Shown here: positions 27,672-37,716 of the stretch, piece after piece
Numbering within the stretch: the first letter of the stretch is position 1
Layout of the letters: the number at the start of each line of letters is the position of its first letter
Source of the DNA: a virus
Taxonomy: Duplodnaviria; Heunggongvirae; Uroviricota; Caudoviricetes
Virus record (IMG/VR): IMGVR_UViG_3300038345_000251
Coordinates: 311,248 to 375,247 of that record
Reading direction: 5' to 3' (one strand)
DNA length: 64,000 nucleotides
Made by a program: the position numbers and the translations under genes
The notes under the pieces: model-generated
Database searches by the model: none
The model's input: only the letters and a program-made list of their open reading frames with translations
Told to the model about the DNA's origin: nothing

Positions 27672-29312
27672 ATGATAGATAAAAACGATATTCGATTTAA
27701 AATTGTTTTAGGTGAAAAAGCAATTCCATCAGATGTGCAAATTGAACTTTGTGATTTCATTGCACATAAAGTTGGAAATGCAACAGTTGAATCAAGAGCT
27801 GGTAGTGGTAAATCTAAAACAATTGAATTAATGGTACATTTTGTACCGAAAGGTAAAAAAGTTCTTATTGTTTGTTTTAATACACATATTGCTGACCATC
27901 TTAAAAAAGAACTTAAAGAACAAAATGTTGAAGCAGATGTAATGACTTATCATAGTCTCGGATATAAGATTTTATTAGCAAAAAAACTTATTGATAAGAA
28001 AAATTGTTTTAAGGATGATAAGTATCGTTCATATGTAATTAATAACATTAATCAATTAAATCCAGAATATGAACAACTTAATTCTGTTGAGAAAAACTTT
28101 TATAAAAAAAATTTGTTAAAACTTATTGATTATTCACGCTATAATTTAATGCAATCAGTGAAAGAAATCAATAAGGTTGCACGTAAATATGGTGTTAACT
28201 GTGTTTCAAACGAATGCGAAGCAACAAATAAAGTTCTTAAATGGGGAAGTAATAACACCAACGAAGTTGACTATCAGGATATGTTATGGCTACCTTATGA
28301 ACTTGCTATTAAAGCAAATATTCCTTGGTTACAATATGATTTTATATTTGTTGACGAAGCACAAGATTCATCATTAGCACAACAAAACTTAATTGATATT
28401 TGTACTAAAAGAAATACAAGATTTGTTGCAGTTGGTGATTCTTTACAATGTATCAATAGTTGGGCTGGTTCAGATGAAGAAGCATTTTTTAAGTTTAATA
28501 AAAAAGATAATGTTAAACAATTTACTTTAAATACTTCATATAGATGTGCTAAAAAAATTGCTGAATTAGCACGAACAATTGTTCCAGATTTTAATACACC
28601 TGATTGGGCAGATGAAGGAGAAATAAAATATGCTGTTTCATTAGATGAAATACAACCAGGTGATATGGTACTATGTAGATTAACTTCACCATTAGTTGAT
28701 TTACATTTACAATTAATCAGTGCTAAACGTCCGTCCAAGATTAAAGGTCTTGAACTTGGAGAAGATTTAAAGACATTATTAAACAGTTTTTCAATTGACG
28801 ATGTTAATGAAATACGTTGTGAACTTGAAAAAAATTTAATTAGTAAATGGATGAATTTGGCTGAAGAAAACGAAATATCATTAAAAGATGCAGCATGTGA
28901 AAATGATATAATGATATTATATGATACTTTATTAACTTTAAATATTATTTCTAAAGGATTATTGACAAAAAAAGAAGTTATTGAAAGAATTGATGAAGTA
29001 ATAAGTAATAATAATGATAATGATGATATAGAAGATAATACTAATATTCATTTAACTACTATACATAAAGCAAAGGGTTTGGAAAATGATAGAGTATTTA
29101 TTCTTTGTCCATCACTAATGCCATCAAGGTTAGCACATAGGGATTGGGAAATTAAGGCAGAGCAAAATCTTATATATGTTGCATATACAAGAGCAAAGAA
29201 ATCGTTGAATTTTATCAGTGAAAAAGAATTTCCACCATCTGTCAGTTATTCTGGTATTGACAATATGTATAATACTTTGATGAAATTAAAAATGAAATAT
29301 GAAACGGTATAA
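27672..29312 (+). CDS. SF1 DNA helicase (UvrD/Rep/PcrA-like)
   Basis: Walker A AGSGKSKT. FIFVDEAQDSS. Motif VI TIHKAKGLENDRVFIL. Start is ATG 27672, 14 nt after the -7 box. Confidence 0.75.
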   Translation: MIDKNDIRFKIVLGEKAIPSDVQIELCDFIAHKVGNATVESRAGSGKSKTIELMVHFVPKGKKVLIVCFNTHIADHLKKELKEQNVEADVMTYHSLGYKILLAKKLIDKKNCFKDDKYRSYVINNINQLNPEYEQLNSVEKNFYKKNLLKLIDYSRYNLMQSVKEINKVARKYGVNCVSNECEATNKVLKWGSNNTNEVDYQDMLWLPYELAIKANIPWLQYDFIFVDEAQDSSLAQQNLIDICTKRNTRFVAVGDSLQCINSWAGSDEEAFFKFNKKDNVKQFTLNTSYRCAKKIAELARTIVPDFNTPDWADEGEIKYAVSLDEIQPGDMVLCRLTSPLVDLHLQLISAKRPSKIKGLELGEDLKTLLNSFSIDDVNEIRCELEKNLISKWMNLAEENEISLKDAACENDIMILYDTLLTLNIISKGLLTKKEVIERIDEVISNNNDNDDIEDNTNIHLTTIHKAKGLENDRVFILCPSLMPSRLAHRDWEIKAEQNLIYVAYTRAKKSLNFISEKEFPPSVSYSGIDNMYNTLMKLKMKYETV

Positions 29313-29574
29313 AGGAATTCGTTATTTTGATAAAGATAAAATAATGATGGAGAAAATTCATATTGAATGTTGTTTAACTAAAGTTAACGGAACAGATGAA
29401 TATGCTGAAGAAAATGCAATTGTTCCAACAGAAAGTGCATTTTATTTAAGAAATAAAAATAGATTTAAAAAAGATGATATTGCATTTAACTATTTGCCTG
29501 TTTGGAACGTATTAAAAATTACACCGTTTGTTGCAGATGATGTTGATTATATGAAAACCGAAAAAATTGTTTGA
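29299..29574 (+). CDS. hypothetical protein
   Basis: ORF overlapping the helicase stop. Confidence 0.35.
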   Translation: MKRYKGIRYFDKDKIMMEKIHIECCLTKVNGTDEYAEENAIVPTESAFYLRNKNRFKKDDIAFNYLPVWNVLKITPFVADDVDYMKTEKIV

Positions 29575-29593
29575 AACTTAAAAAATATTTTAG

Positions 29594-29601
29594 TATATTT
29601 G
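29594..29601 (+). promoter_or_regulatory. promoter -7 box TATATTTG
   Basis: tagTATATTTGtaaaaaata lies 21 nt upstream of the AAA+ ATPase ATG. Confidence 0.4.
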
Positions 29602-29622
29602 TAAAAAATAATAAAAACAAAA

Positions 29623-30819
29623 ATGGAAAATAAAATTTTTAAAAATCTGTCTTTACCAAAAGAAATGTCTTCAGTATATGCTGAAGTAGATGGTTTGTCC
29701 TTGCAAAATTTGTTCTATGCAAACAATGGATATTTCCCTTGTTGCTACATGTTTTCACGTTCTTCTCGTGAATATGACTATTATTTTGACGTAGAAAAAA
29801 TTTTAGAAGAACTTATTAGCGAAAATTCACCATTGTATGATGAAGAAAATGAGTACATTAAGTATGTCACTAGGGATATGGAAACCAAAGAAGAGAGTAT
29901 GGGTTTCTGTATTCTCTTGAAGAAAAAGAATATTTACGCACGTTTGGAAAAAAATGTGAGTGAATGTTATGTTCTTTATAGTAACGACAATGATGGTAGT
30001 TTAAGAGAGTTTCTTGAACTTCTTGAAAGGTATTATGTTGCACCTGAAGAAGAAAAGAATAACCTTTATAAGATTGCACAAGGTGTTTCAGGATTCAGTC
30101 TTCAAAAATCGCACATTAAAGATGTTCCTAACTTCTCTATTGAACGTCAGTATAATGATGATTTTGCACACGAAGATGAAAAAATTAGAAAGTTCATTGA
30201 GAGAGAAGATAAAAGTGGTTTGGTAATTCTTCACGGTGAAAAGGGTACAGGTAAAACAACTTATATCCGTAACATTATTTCATCTTATCCTAATAAGAAA
30301 TTTGTCTTTGTTACGCCTGATTTGGTTAGTTTACTTGGAAGTCCTTCTTTCACTTCATTTATCAATACTTTGAATAACCATATTATTATTCTTGAAGATT
30401 GTGAAACAGTTATCAGAGATAGAAAGAGTACTGGTTCATGGAACAATTCAGCAGTAGCAACGTTACTTAATATGACTGATGGACTTCTTGCAGATGACCT
30501 TGGTATTAAGTTTATTTGTACCTTTAATGAGGATATTAAGGATATTGACAGTGCATTGATGCGTAAAGGTAGACTTGTATGTAAATACGAATTTAAGCCT
30601 CTTACTGTAGAAAAAACCAATGCACTTCTTGAATTCATTTATACAGAGAAAGCAAAAGAAGAATCTACTGATGAAGATAATGTGGATGAAAACGGTATTC
30701 CTAATCTTCCAAAACTTGACAATGTTGAAATTCCTGTTGTCACAAAAGGCTTAACTCTTGCTGATATTTACAATTTTGAAGAAGATTCTTACGAAGTTGT
30801 TAGAAAAAAGATTATCTAA
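29623..30819 (+). CDS. AAA+ ATPase
   Basis: Walker A GEKGTGKTT. Walker B IIILEDCE. Confidence 0.65.
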   Translation: MENKIFKNLSLPKEMSSVYAEVDGLSLQNLFYANNGYFPCCYMFSRSSREYDYYFDVEKILEELISENSPLYDEENEYIKYVTRDMETKEESMGFCILLKKKNIYARLEKNVSECYVLYSNDNDGSLREFLELLERYYVAPEEEKNNLYKIAQGVSGFSLQKSHIKDVPNFSIERQYNDDFAHEDEKIRKFIEREDKSGLVILHGEKGTGKTTYIRNIISSYPNKKFVFVTPDLVSLLGSPSFTSFINTLNNHIIILEDCETVIRDRKSTGSWNNSAVATLLNMTDGLLADDLGIKFICTFNEDIKDIDSALMRKGRLVCKYEFKPLTVEKTNALLEFIYTEKAKEESTDEDNVDENGIPNLPKLDNVEIPVVTKGLTLADIYNFEEDSYEVVRKKII

Positions 30820-30822
30820 TTT

Positions 30823-31041
30823 ATGGCAAAAGAAAAACCAATAGTTGTTACAGGAACAGTTACTGAATCACTACCTAACGTAATGTTTAGAGTAGAACTT
30901 GATAATAATGGCGTTACAATTCTTTGTCAAGCATCGGGTAAACTTAGACAAAACTTTATTAAAATTCTTGTAGGTGATAGGGTGAAAATAGAAATGTCAC
31001 CCTATGACCTTACAAGAGGTAGAATTATAAGTAGATTATAA
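30823..31041 (+). CDS. infA: translation initiation factor IF-1 homolog
   Basis: Near-collinear with bacterial IF-1: [65 protein letters not shown]. Confidence 0.85.
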   Translation: MAKEKPIVVTGTVTESLPNVMFRVELDNNGVTILCQASGKLRQNFIKILVGDRVKIEMSPYDLTRGRIISRL

Positions 31042-31195
31042 AACTTGGCATGGACTTTGATATATACGATTTAGATAAAAAAGAAGAGTGTATTGAGATT
31101 CTTGAAAGAATGGTTAATGATTATTATATTAAGAATTGGCCTGAAGATGAAATCGAAGCACTTCAATTTGCAATTTATTATTTAAAAAACATATA

Positions 31196-31582
31196 ATGAT
31201 TTATAAATTATTTATATTAATGCTTTTATGCCATGTGATTGATGATTTTGTACTTCAGCCTGTATGTTTGTCAAAACTTAAACAAAAGGATTGGTGGAAG
31301 AATAACGTATCAGAACAGGATTATTATAAGTATATGTATGATTATCAGATGGCTTTATGGATGCATTGTATGTCTTGGTCTGCAATGATACATTTACCAT
31401 TAATGATTTTTCTTGACTGTAGTGGAATGATTTTATTTATTTCATTTGCAATTAATGCTGTCATACATTATGTGATTGATGATTTGAAAGCAAATGAAAA
31501 GAAAATAAACCTTAAAACAGACCAATTAATTCATATTGTACAAATTTTTTTAACTTTAATAATTAACATTTCTTTAATTTAA
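31196..31582 (+). CDS. membrane protein
   Basis: Multiple hydrophobic segments. Confidence 0.45.
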   Translation: MIYKLFILMLLCHVIDDFVLQPVCLSKLKQKDWWKNNVSEQDYYKYMYDYQMALWMHCMSWSAMIHLPLMIFLDCSGMILFISFAINAVIHYVIDDLKANEKKINLKTDQLIHIVQIFLTLIINISLI

Positions 31583-31588
31583 AACATT

Positions 31589-32422
31589 ATGACAAAATTT
31601 AAAAGTGCGATTTTTCTCGCAATCAGCATTCTTGCTGTTTCGTTTTTCCTTAGTTCGTGCGCTTGTACGGTAATTGACAACTCAGAGGTTGGTATTAAGT
31701 TTAAGAAGTTCTCTTTGACAGACCAGGGTAAACTTGAAAGTGAGCCTGTTACTGGTTATGTGTGGTATAACCCTATCAGGACTTCTGTCTTTACCTATCC
31801 TGTATATGTACAGCGTGTTGATTACGACCCGTTTACTGTAACAACTAAAGACGCTGCGGTGTTCAGTATGGACCCTGTTCTTGCTTATTACATTTATCGT
31901 GAACGTGCGGTTGACATCTTTACCAAGTATCGTAAATCACTTAAAGAAATTGAACAGGGTTATATGCGAACTTGTATCTATGATGCTTACCGAATAGTTG
32001 CAAATAACTATACTGCTGATGAACTTATGTCTTCACGTGCAAAGTTTGAATCAGAGGTACGTTCAATGCTTGATAAGTCACTTGGTGAAGAAGGATTTAA
32101 GGTTGAGGAATTTACTTCACAGATTGACCCTCCTGAATCACTTCGTAGAACTATTGATGAAAAAAACGCTGCTATTCAGAAGTCTCTAAAGGCTGAAAAC
32201 GAGGTTAAAGAAGCAGAAGCAAATGCTAAAATTGCAATCGCAAAGGCACGTGGTGAAGCAGAGGCTACCAAGATTCAGGCAGATGGTGAGGCTTATTACA
32301 ACAGAGTTGTTGCTGCTTCCTTGAATGAGTTGCTTGTAAGGCAGTATGCTATTGAGAAGTGGGATGGTAAACTCTCTACTTATCAGGGTGGTGGTACAAT
32401 ACCATTTATTAATGTGAAGTAA
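31589..32422 (+). CDS. SPFH/band-7 (stomatin/prohibitin/HflKC-like) lipoprotein
   Basis: Lipoprotein signal ...FFLSSCAC. SPFH core followed by a coiled-coil AEANAKIAIAKARGEAEATKIQADGEAYY. GC-richer. Confidence 0.7.
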   Translation: MTKFKSAIFLAISILAVSFFLSSCACTVIDNSEVGIKFKKFSLTDQGKLESEPVTGYVWYNPIRTSVFTYPVYVQRVDYDPFTVTTKDAAVFSMDPVLAYYIYRERAVDIFTKYRKSLKEIEQGYMRTCIYDAYRIVANNYTADELMSSRAKFESEVRSMLDKSLGEEGFKVEEFTSQIDPPESLRRTIDEKNAAIQKSLKAENEVKEAEANAKIAIAKARGEAEATKIQADGEAYYNRVVAASLNELLVRQYAIEKWDGKLSTYQGGGTIPFINVK

Positions 32423-32423
32423 T

Positions 32424-32711
32424 ATGGGAACAGGTGCATTTTGGGGTTATATATTACCCATTATTTTCACGTTACTTCTTCTTGTTTTTTGGAGAATGTG
32501 TACTGAGCCATGTTCAGTATATTGCGAAGGTAATTTTCCCACAAAATTTCATATAGTTCTTTTTTTCTTGCTTAGTCTAATTCCAATTGTTGGTATTATT
32601 TCATTCTGTGTTTTGCTTATAGTTTATATTTTACATCGTATTACATATAATTTACGAATCAAGAAAAATAAGTTTACGAAATTTTGGTTTGATTTAAAAG
32701 ATGATGATTAA
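32424..32711 (+). CDS. small two-TM membrane protein (SPFH operon partner?)
   Basis: Two hydrophobic helices. Translationally coupled to the SPFH gene. Confidence 0.4.
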   Translation: MGTGAFWGYILPIIFTLLLLVFWRMCTEPCSVYCEGNFPTKFHIVLFFLLSLIPIVGIISFCVLLIVYILHRITYNLRIKKNKFTKFWFDLKDDD

Positions 32712-32740
32712 TAATAACAATTAAAAAAAATTTATTTATT

Positions 32741-33121
32741 ATGAGTGAGAACAAAAGTTTAACTAGACCTTCTAGTATTTTTGACAGTTTTTTGACACGA
32801 CCATTTGGTGTTGATTTGTTTGGAAATAGTTTCCGTGACTTTAGACTTTCAGAAGGATTTGTTGAATACGAAGACAAGTATGTGTTGAAAGTTCATATTC
32901 CTGTTGTTGGTAATAGTCTTGAAGTAACTGTTGAAGATGGAAATCTTAAAATCTCTTATAATGAGAAAACTGAAAATTCAGTAACACAGGGTAGCTATAG
33001 TTATAGTATTCCTGAAGATGCAGATGTTACAACCGTTGATGCACAAATTGACGAAAAGACACTTAAGGTTGAAGTTCTTAAGAAGAAACCAACGAAAAGA
33101 ATTGAAGTAAAGGTAAAGTAA
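32741..33121 (+). CDS. small heat-shock protein (Hsp20/alpha-crystallin family)
   Basis: The alpha-crystallin domain pattern ...DKYVLKVHIPVVGNSLEVTVEDGNLKISYNEK...TLKVEVLKKKP. Terminator at 33141-33176. Confidence 0.7.
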   Translation: MSENKSLTRPSSIFDSFLTRPFGVDLFGNSFRDFRLSEGFVEYEDKYVLKVHIPVVGNSLEVTVEDGNLKISYNEKTENSVTQGSYSYSIPEDADVTTVDAQIDEKTLKVEVLKKKPTKRIEVKVK

Positions 33122-33140
33122 ACTAATCTATTATTCATTA

Positions 33141-33176
33141 AACACCTCTAAATTTTAGGGGTGTTTTTTGTTTTTT
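33141..33176 (+). terminator. terminator after Hsp20 (acacctcta aatt ttaggggtgt + T-tract)
   Basis: Imperfect stem followed by ttttttgtttttt. Confidence 0.5.
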
Positions 33177-33198
33177 AATATTTTAATTTGTATATTTG
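33167..33198 (+). promoter_or_regulatory. promoter: TTTG, N20, TATATTTG
   Basis: Consensus match. Confidence 0.5.
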
Positions 33199-33214
33199 TA
33201 AAAAAATATTTAAT

Positions 33215-33526
33215 ATGGACTGGTTAGAATATACAAACACAATTAATGGAAGCGGATTAGAAGGTGATGAACTTTTTGACAAAGTATGTGATACGATGAT
33301 GAATGAATATTTAGTCAAATATAATCTTTCTAAATCAATGAAACTTATTAATAAGATTGAAGATAATCCTATATCTGAAGAAAAAATTGCTAATGCTGAA
33401 ATTAGACAAAATGTTATTGAAGGTAAAGTAAAACCATCTGATGCAAAGAAAATGGTTGAATGGAATAACGAACTTGGTGATGTATTGGCTAAAAATCCTA
33501 TGGTTATTGATAGTATTATATTATGA
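33215..33526 (+). CDS. hypothetical protein
   Basis: ATG 17 nt after the promoter -7 box (33191-33198). The ORF-track start at 33188 lies inside the promoter. Confidence 0.45.
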   Translation: MDWLEYTNTINGSGLEGDELFDKVCDTMMNEYLVKYNLSKSMKLINKIEDNPISEEKIANAEIRQNVIEGKVKPSDAKKMVEWNNELGDVLAKNPMVIDSIIL

Positions 33527-33840
33527 AACGAGATACCCCTATTACAGTTGAATGGCTTGAATTACACAATTTTATTAAACATACAGGAATGACACCTGTT
33601 GGTTGTGGGGAAATGTATTACTATAAACTTGGTAAAAATGAAACAATTAATATAAACACAACAGGTGGTAGTTTAGGCATAATTAAAATGTGTGTTTATC
33701 AAGGACATAAAAATCAAGTAGAAATAACTAAACCATACCAAGATATAGAAAATAGTAAGTTTAATTGTTTTTATGTAGAAGAATTACATTATTTGCTTGA
33801 ATTAAGTAATAATGACACATTAATTGAATATTTTAATTAA
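33523..33840 (+). CDS. hypothetical protein
   Basis: ORF. Confidence 0.45.
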   Translation: MKRDTPITVEWLELHNFIKHTGMTPVGCGEMYYYKLGKNETININTTGGSLGIIKMCVYQGHKNQVEITKPYQDIENSKFNCFYVEELHYLLELSNNDTLIEYFN

Positions 33841-33892
33841 GTTTGGCATGTTTATTGATATGTAAGAGATAAACATTAAAAACGAAGAAAAC

Positions 33893-34168
33893 ATGAAAAT
33901 AAATGTAGTAATTACACCTTATCACGCTTTGCCATGTGCCTTACAGCGTTTTACTATAAATGGTAAAAGTGCCGATGAAGATGATTTCGGTGAAAAAATT
34001 TGGAATGGTAAAAGTTGTATGGTTGGAGAATGTGGCTATGAGTTTGAGCCAAAATTACCAACCCAGGAGGTACTTGATAAATATGGTATAGACTTAACAG
34101 ACTATGCTGATATTTGTGATAAACTTAGAGATAAACTTTTTGTTTGTGGTTGTGGTTGGTGTTCGTAA
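33893..34168 (+). CDS. hypothetical Cys-rich protein
   Basis: ORF. Confidence 0.45.
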   Translation: MKINVVITPYHALPCALQRFTINGKSADEDDFGEKIWNGKSCMVGECGYEFEPKLPTQEVLDKYGIDLTDYADICDKLRDKLFVCGCGWCS

Positions 34169-34174
34169 AAAAAA

Positions 34175-34206
34175 TTTGTTTTATTAAAAATTAATTTGTA
34201 CATTTG
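34175..34206 (+). promoter_or_regulatory. promoter: TTTG, N20, TACATTTG
   Basis: Consensus match, upstream of 34251. Confidence 0.5.
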
Positions 34207-34250
34207 TATTGAAATTTGAAAAATTATTAACTTTTTAAAAATTAAATATT

Positions 34251-34640
34251 ATGAACTTGGATAGAAGTGACATCAAGATGTCAACAATTGAAACGAAGTA
34301 TTTTTACAATGGTGACAATGTTACCTGTGAACTGTTTGCTACCCTGAAGACACCTGATGTCTTCGATGCTCTGTTTGGACCTATTGTGAAGGTCGTTAAG
34401 GCTACTGCTAAGTGCCATCCTGACGATGGTTATAATAAGAAGTTGGGTGAACGTATTGCACTTGCACGTGCTGAATCTAAGGCTTATCGCCAGCTTGCTA
34501 ATGAAATGAATAGACGTTATGAGTACGTTGTTGAGGCTATCGAAACTCTCGCACCTTACCGTCTTGCATTCAACGAAAAGGCTGAAAAGAGTATTTCGCA
34601 CAATACGGAGTATATCAAGCAGCTTCCGTCAAAGTACTAA
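34251..34640 (+). CDS. hypothetical protein (GC-richer than surroundings)
   Basis: ORF with its own promoter (34175-34206) and terminator (34663-34700). Confidence 0.5.
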   Translation: MNLDRSDIKMSTIETKYFYNGDNVTCELFATLKTPDVFDALFGPIVKVVKATAKCHPDDGYNKKLGERIALARAESKAYRQLANEMNRRYEYVVEAIETLAPYRLAFNEKAEKSISHNTEYIKQLPSKY

Positions 34641-34662
34641 ACTTAAACTAAAAACCTAAACG

Positions 34663-34700
34663 AAAAAGTGCCTTGCTTTAACGAAGTTAAGGCACTTTTT
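34663..34700 (+). terminator. terminator (aaaaagtgcctt...aaggcacttttt)
   Basis: 8-bp stem flanked by A- and T-tracts. Confidence 0.6.
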
Positions 34701-34712
34701 AAATAAAATCTT

Positions 34713-34991
34713 ATGAACATTGCATTAGTAGCACACGATAGTAGAAAAAAAGAACTGATTGAATGGGTTGAATATAATTATGAAACCCTTATCAAACATA
34801 AACTTTTTGCTACAGGTACAACTGGTAAACTTATTGAAAATATAATGGTTAATGTAAGTGAATATGATGATAATCTTGATACTGAATATATTCACGCAAT
34901 TGAGCCATTTAAAAACAACATTACTGTTGATAACCATTTATTAGAAAAAAAACTGGAAGAAAAATATGACATATATGTCTATTTTTTATAA
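34713..34991 (+). CDS. hypothetical protein
   Basis: ORF. Confidence 0.4.
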   Translation: MNIALVAHDSRKKELIEWVEYNYETLIKHKLFATGTTGKLIENIMVNVSEYDDNLDTEYIHAIEPFKNNITVDNHLLEKKLEEKYDIYVYFL

Positions 34992-35015
34992 AAAAACTAT
35001 TTATAATAGTATCCC

Positions 35016-35034
35016 CCTCAAATGGGGGTATGAT
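35016..35034 (+). promoter_or_regulatory. GC hairpin cccccTCAAATggggg immediately upstream of the GIY-YIG-like gene start
   Basis: Pure 5-bp G:C stem. Unusual in this AT-rich context. Confidence 0.3.
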
Positions 35035-35040
35035 TATAAA

Positions 35041-36171
35041 ATGGAAAAAATTAAATATGAAGTTTTAGACAAAATACCTGAGAAAAATAGTAATAAAAAA
35101 TATTATTATTTTTATAAAATAGTAAATTTAAAAAATGAAAAATATTATTATGGTGTTCATTCAGCAAAATATTTAGATGATAATTATAGAGGTTCATCTA
35201 AACAATTAATAAAAGATATTAAAGAACACGGTGTTTCATTTTTTAAAAAATATATATTAAAATTTTTTGAAACATCTGAAGATATGTATGAATATGAAAA
35301 AAAAATTGTTACTAAAGATGTTGTTTTAAACAAAAATTGTTATAATATGCATACAGGTGGTAATGGAAGTTGGGATTTTACTATAGGTAGAGTTTGTGTT
35401 AAGGATTGTAGTGGTAATACAATGATGGTCGATGTTGACAACGAAGATTATCTTTCTGGAAACCTTGTTAGTAACATGAAAGGATTGTTACATGTAAAAA
35501 CCAAAGATGGATGTTCAAAAACAATTACAACAGAAGAATATTATAAAAATAAAGATTTATATAATGTTTCTTTTACAAACTATGTAGTAACAAAAGACAA
35601 TAATAATAACATTCAATGGCTTAAAAAAGAAGAATTTGATAAATTAAAAAAAGACGGTAAATTTTTTGGCATTACAAAAAATAACGGTGTTTTTAAAGAT
35701 AAACAAGGAAATGTTTTAATGTGTGACATCACTGATGAAAGAATAAAGAATGGTGAATTAGTTGGTATAACTAAAGGTTTAGGCGTATATAAGTACAAAA
35801 ACGATTTTTCTAAAATTGTTGTAACAATAAAAAACGATGAAAGAGTAAAAAACGGTGAATTAGTTGGTATTAATTATGGTCTTGTACATTGTATAAATCC
35901 TTTAACTAAAGAAAAGATAACAGTATTTAAAAACGATGAACGTTTAAAGAATGGTGAAATAATGACTTGTACTAAATATTCACTTATTGGAAAAAAAATT
36001 CAAACAAGAAAACCATTAACTTTAGAAGATTATAAAGAAAAATATCCTCTTGTAATTAATTATATTGAAGAAGGTAAAACTAATAAAGAAATAATTGAAA
36101 TAACTGGTATAAAAAAAAAGAAAATTGAATATATTAGACAACGATATAAAAAAGTAAAAGAATTAAATTAA
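35041..36171 (+). CDS. GIY-YIG-like homing endonuclease with three NDERxKNGELVGI repeats
   Basis: N-terminus YYFYKIVNLKNEKYYYGVHS...R (GIY-(10)-YIG-R pattern). Repeated DNA-binding-like motifs. Confidence 0.45.
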   Translation: MEKIKYEVLDKIPEKNSNKKYYYFYKIVNLKNEKYYYGVHSAKYLDDNYRGSSKQLIKDIKEHGVSFFKKYILKFFETSEDMYEYEKKIVTKDVVLNKNCYNMHTGGNGSWDFTIGRVCVKDCSGNTMMVDVDNEDYLSGNLVSNMKGLLHVKTKDGCSKTITTEEYYKNKDLYNVSFTNYVVTKDNNNNIQWLKKEEFDKLKKDGKFFGITKNNGVFKDKQGNVLMCDITDERIKNGELVGITKGLGVYKYKNDFSKIVVTIKNDERVKNGELVGINYGLVHCINPLTKEKITVFKNDERLKNGEIMTCTKYSLIGKKIQTRKPLTLEDYKEKYPLVINYIEEGKTNKEIIEITGIKKKKIEYIRQRYKKVKELN

Positions 36172-36183
36172 TATATTTTTAAT

Positions 36184-36609
36184 ATGAATAAAGAATTAAA
36201 GAAACAGTTTTACGGAAGAGACGAAGAAGGTAACATCATTCAAGGTAACAAGTGTATCATTGATGGCGATAAATACTTCATCGTTACTGACGATGGTGTA
36301 GAGCACCCTATAAAGTCACATCGTTGGCATTGGTTGGGTTATCATGAATTAGATACGAAACCTTCTGAAATTACCACACACGAAAAGGTGAGGGAGTTAC
36401 AGAACCGTCTTGTACAGACTTGTATTGACTTTATCAATGAAAACAAGTTAACTGATATATGGGGTGTTTCATTTAATGCAGATGACTTAAATACTTCTGC
36501 TGCACATGGTGAATGGACACCTGCAACTGATTCTTATATCAGGGTAGAAGGTATTGAAAGTGAAACTTATGGTATTGCTTCAAGATATACCATTGATGAA
36601 TGTATGTAA
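36184..36609 (+). CDS. hypothetical protein
   Basis: ORF. Confidence 0.5.
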   Translation: MNKELKKQFYGRDEEGNIIQGNKCIIDGDKYFIVTDDGVEHPIKSHRWHWLGYHELDTKPSEITTHEKVRELQNRLVQTCIDFINENKLTDIWGVSFNADDLNTSAAHGEWTPATDSYIRVEGIESETYGIASRYTIDECM

Positions 36610-36622
36610 AAAATAGATAATT

Positions 36623-37714
36623 ATGGGATGTTTTAATTTACAGGGATTTTATTCTAATCTTCCTATTACTTGTGGCGCAAAAACAGTTGCACTTCTTTGT
36701 GCTAAATATAAGAAATCTGATTATGAAGCACCTATTTATGCGACTGACTATATGGAAGTAATCGCACTTCCTATCTTTGGTGAATACAATGATTATGGCA
36801 CAATTGAAAATATTGTTCCAAGTGAAACTACAAGACTAATTGAAGAAAAGTCTGGAATGAAAATTGAAGATTTTATTGAGAATCTTGCATCTGAATGTAA
36901 CGGCAAAACATATGATGAGCTTCTTGATGCAACACAAGAAAAAAATTCTTACCACTATACTGAACCTGGTATTTTGAAGTTCTTTGAATCTGTTTTATAT
37001 AAAAAATCAAAATATTTTTCAAAATATTTTGAAAAAAATGCTGATATTGAAAACGAAGAACTGTCAAAAACTATAAAATGGATAAAAAAATACGAAGAAA
37101 AAATACTAAACTCTATTTCTTTATGTGTTATATTTGAACTTCAGGAAGTTTACAATGCAATGATTGAAATTGCTAAAGAAAAGAAACATGGATATTTTTG
37201 GAATACATATGATGATTTGTCTGTAATTTGGGATAAGTACTATAACTTTTTCAATGTTATCAAAGAAAAGTTTGGTGTTAATATTAATTTAATTAGCCAA
37301 TATTCTGAAAACATTGGACTTCATCCAAAACTGTTAGAACATTATCAAGAACTTAAAGAACTTCAAAAAGAATATAATGTTGAAGAAAATTTTAGGAATT
37401 ACACTCCTTATCAATTTGTAAAATGTTGCGGTTTCGAAGATTATATAAATATTCTTTATGAAGGATATGAAGGTGATATGAAAATATTTAAGGAAGATTA
37501 TCTTAATTATTCTATGTTCTATGCCATGTTTATTAGAATGCGTGGAGTGTTTAACTTCTCACAGTATGGGGGTCAAGAATTCCCATATCTGTCAAAAATT
37601 AAATTACTGAAAAAAGAAATTAAGTATCTTGAAGAATATGTTGATAATTGGAAAGAACAATATACAGAAGATACTGGAAACGATGTAGAAAAAGCAGAAG
37701 AATGTCTTGATTAA
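36623..37714 (+). CDS. hypothetical protein
   Basis: ORF. Confidence 0.5.
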   Translation: MGCFNLQGFYSNLPITCGAKTVALLCAKYKKSDYEAPIYATDYMEVIALPIFGEYNDYGTIENIVPSETTRLIEEKSGMKIEDFIENLASECNGKTYDELLDATQEKNSYHYTEPGILKFFESVLYKKSKYFSKYFEKNADIENEELSKTIKWIKKYEEKILNSISLCVIFELQEVYNAMIEIAKEKKHGYFWNTYDDLSVIWDKYYNFFNVIKEKFGVNINLISQYSENIGLHPKLLEHYQELKELQKEYNVEENFRNYTPYQFVKCCGFEDYINILYEGYEGDMKIFKEDYLNYSMFYAMFIRMRGVFNFSQYGGQEFPYLSKIKLLKKEIKYLEEYVDNWKEQYTEDTGNDVEKAEECLD

Positions 37715-37716
37715 CT

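Noticed and set aside
27575-27760. Minus-strand ORF 27575..27760 in the helicase upstream region
   Set aside because: It overlaps the consensus promoter and the start of the helicase gene. It is low-complexity and has no support.
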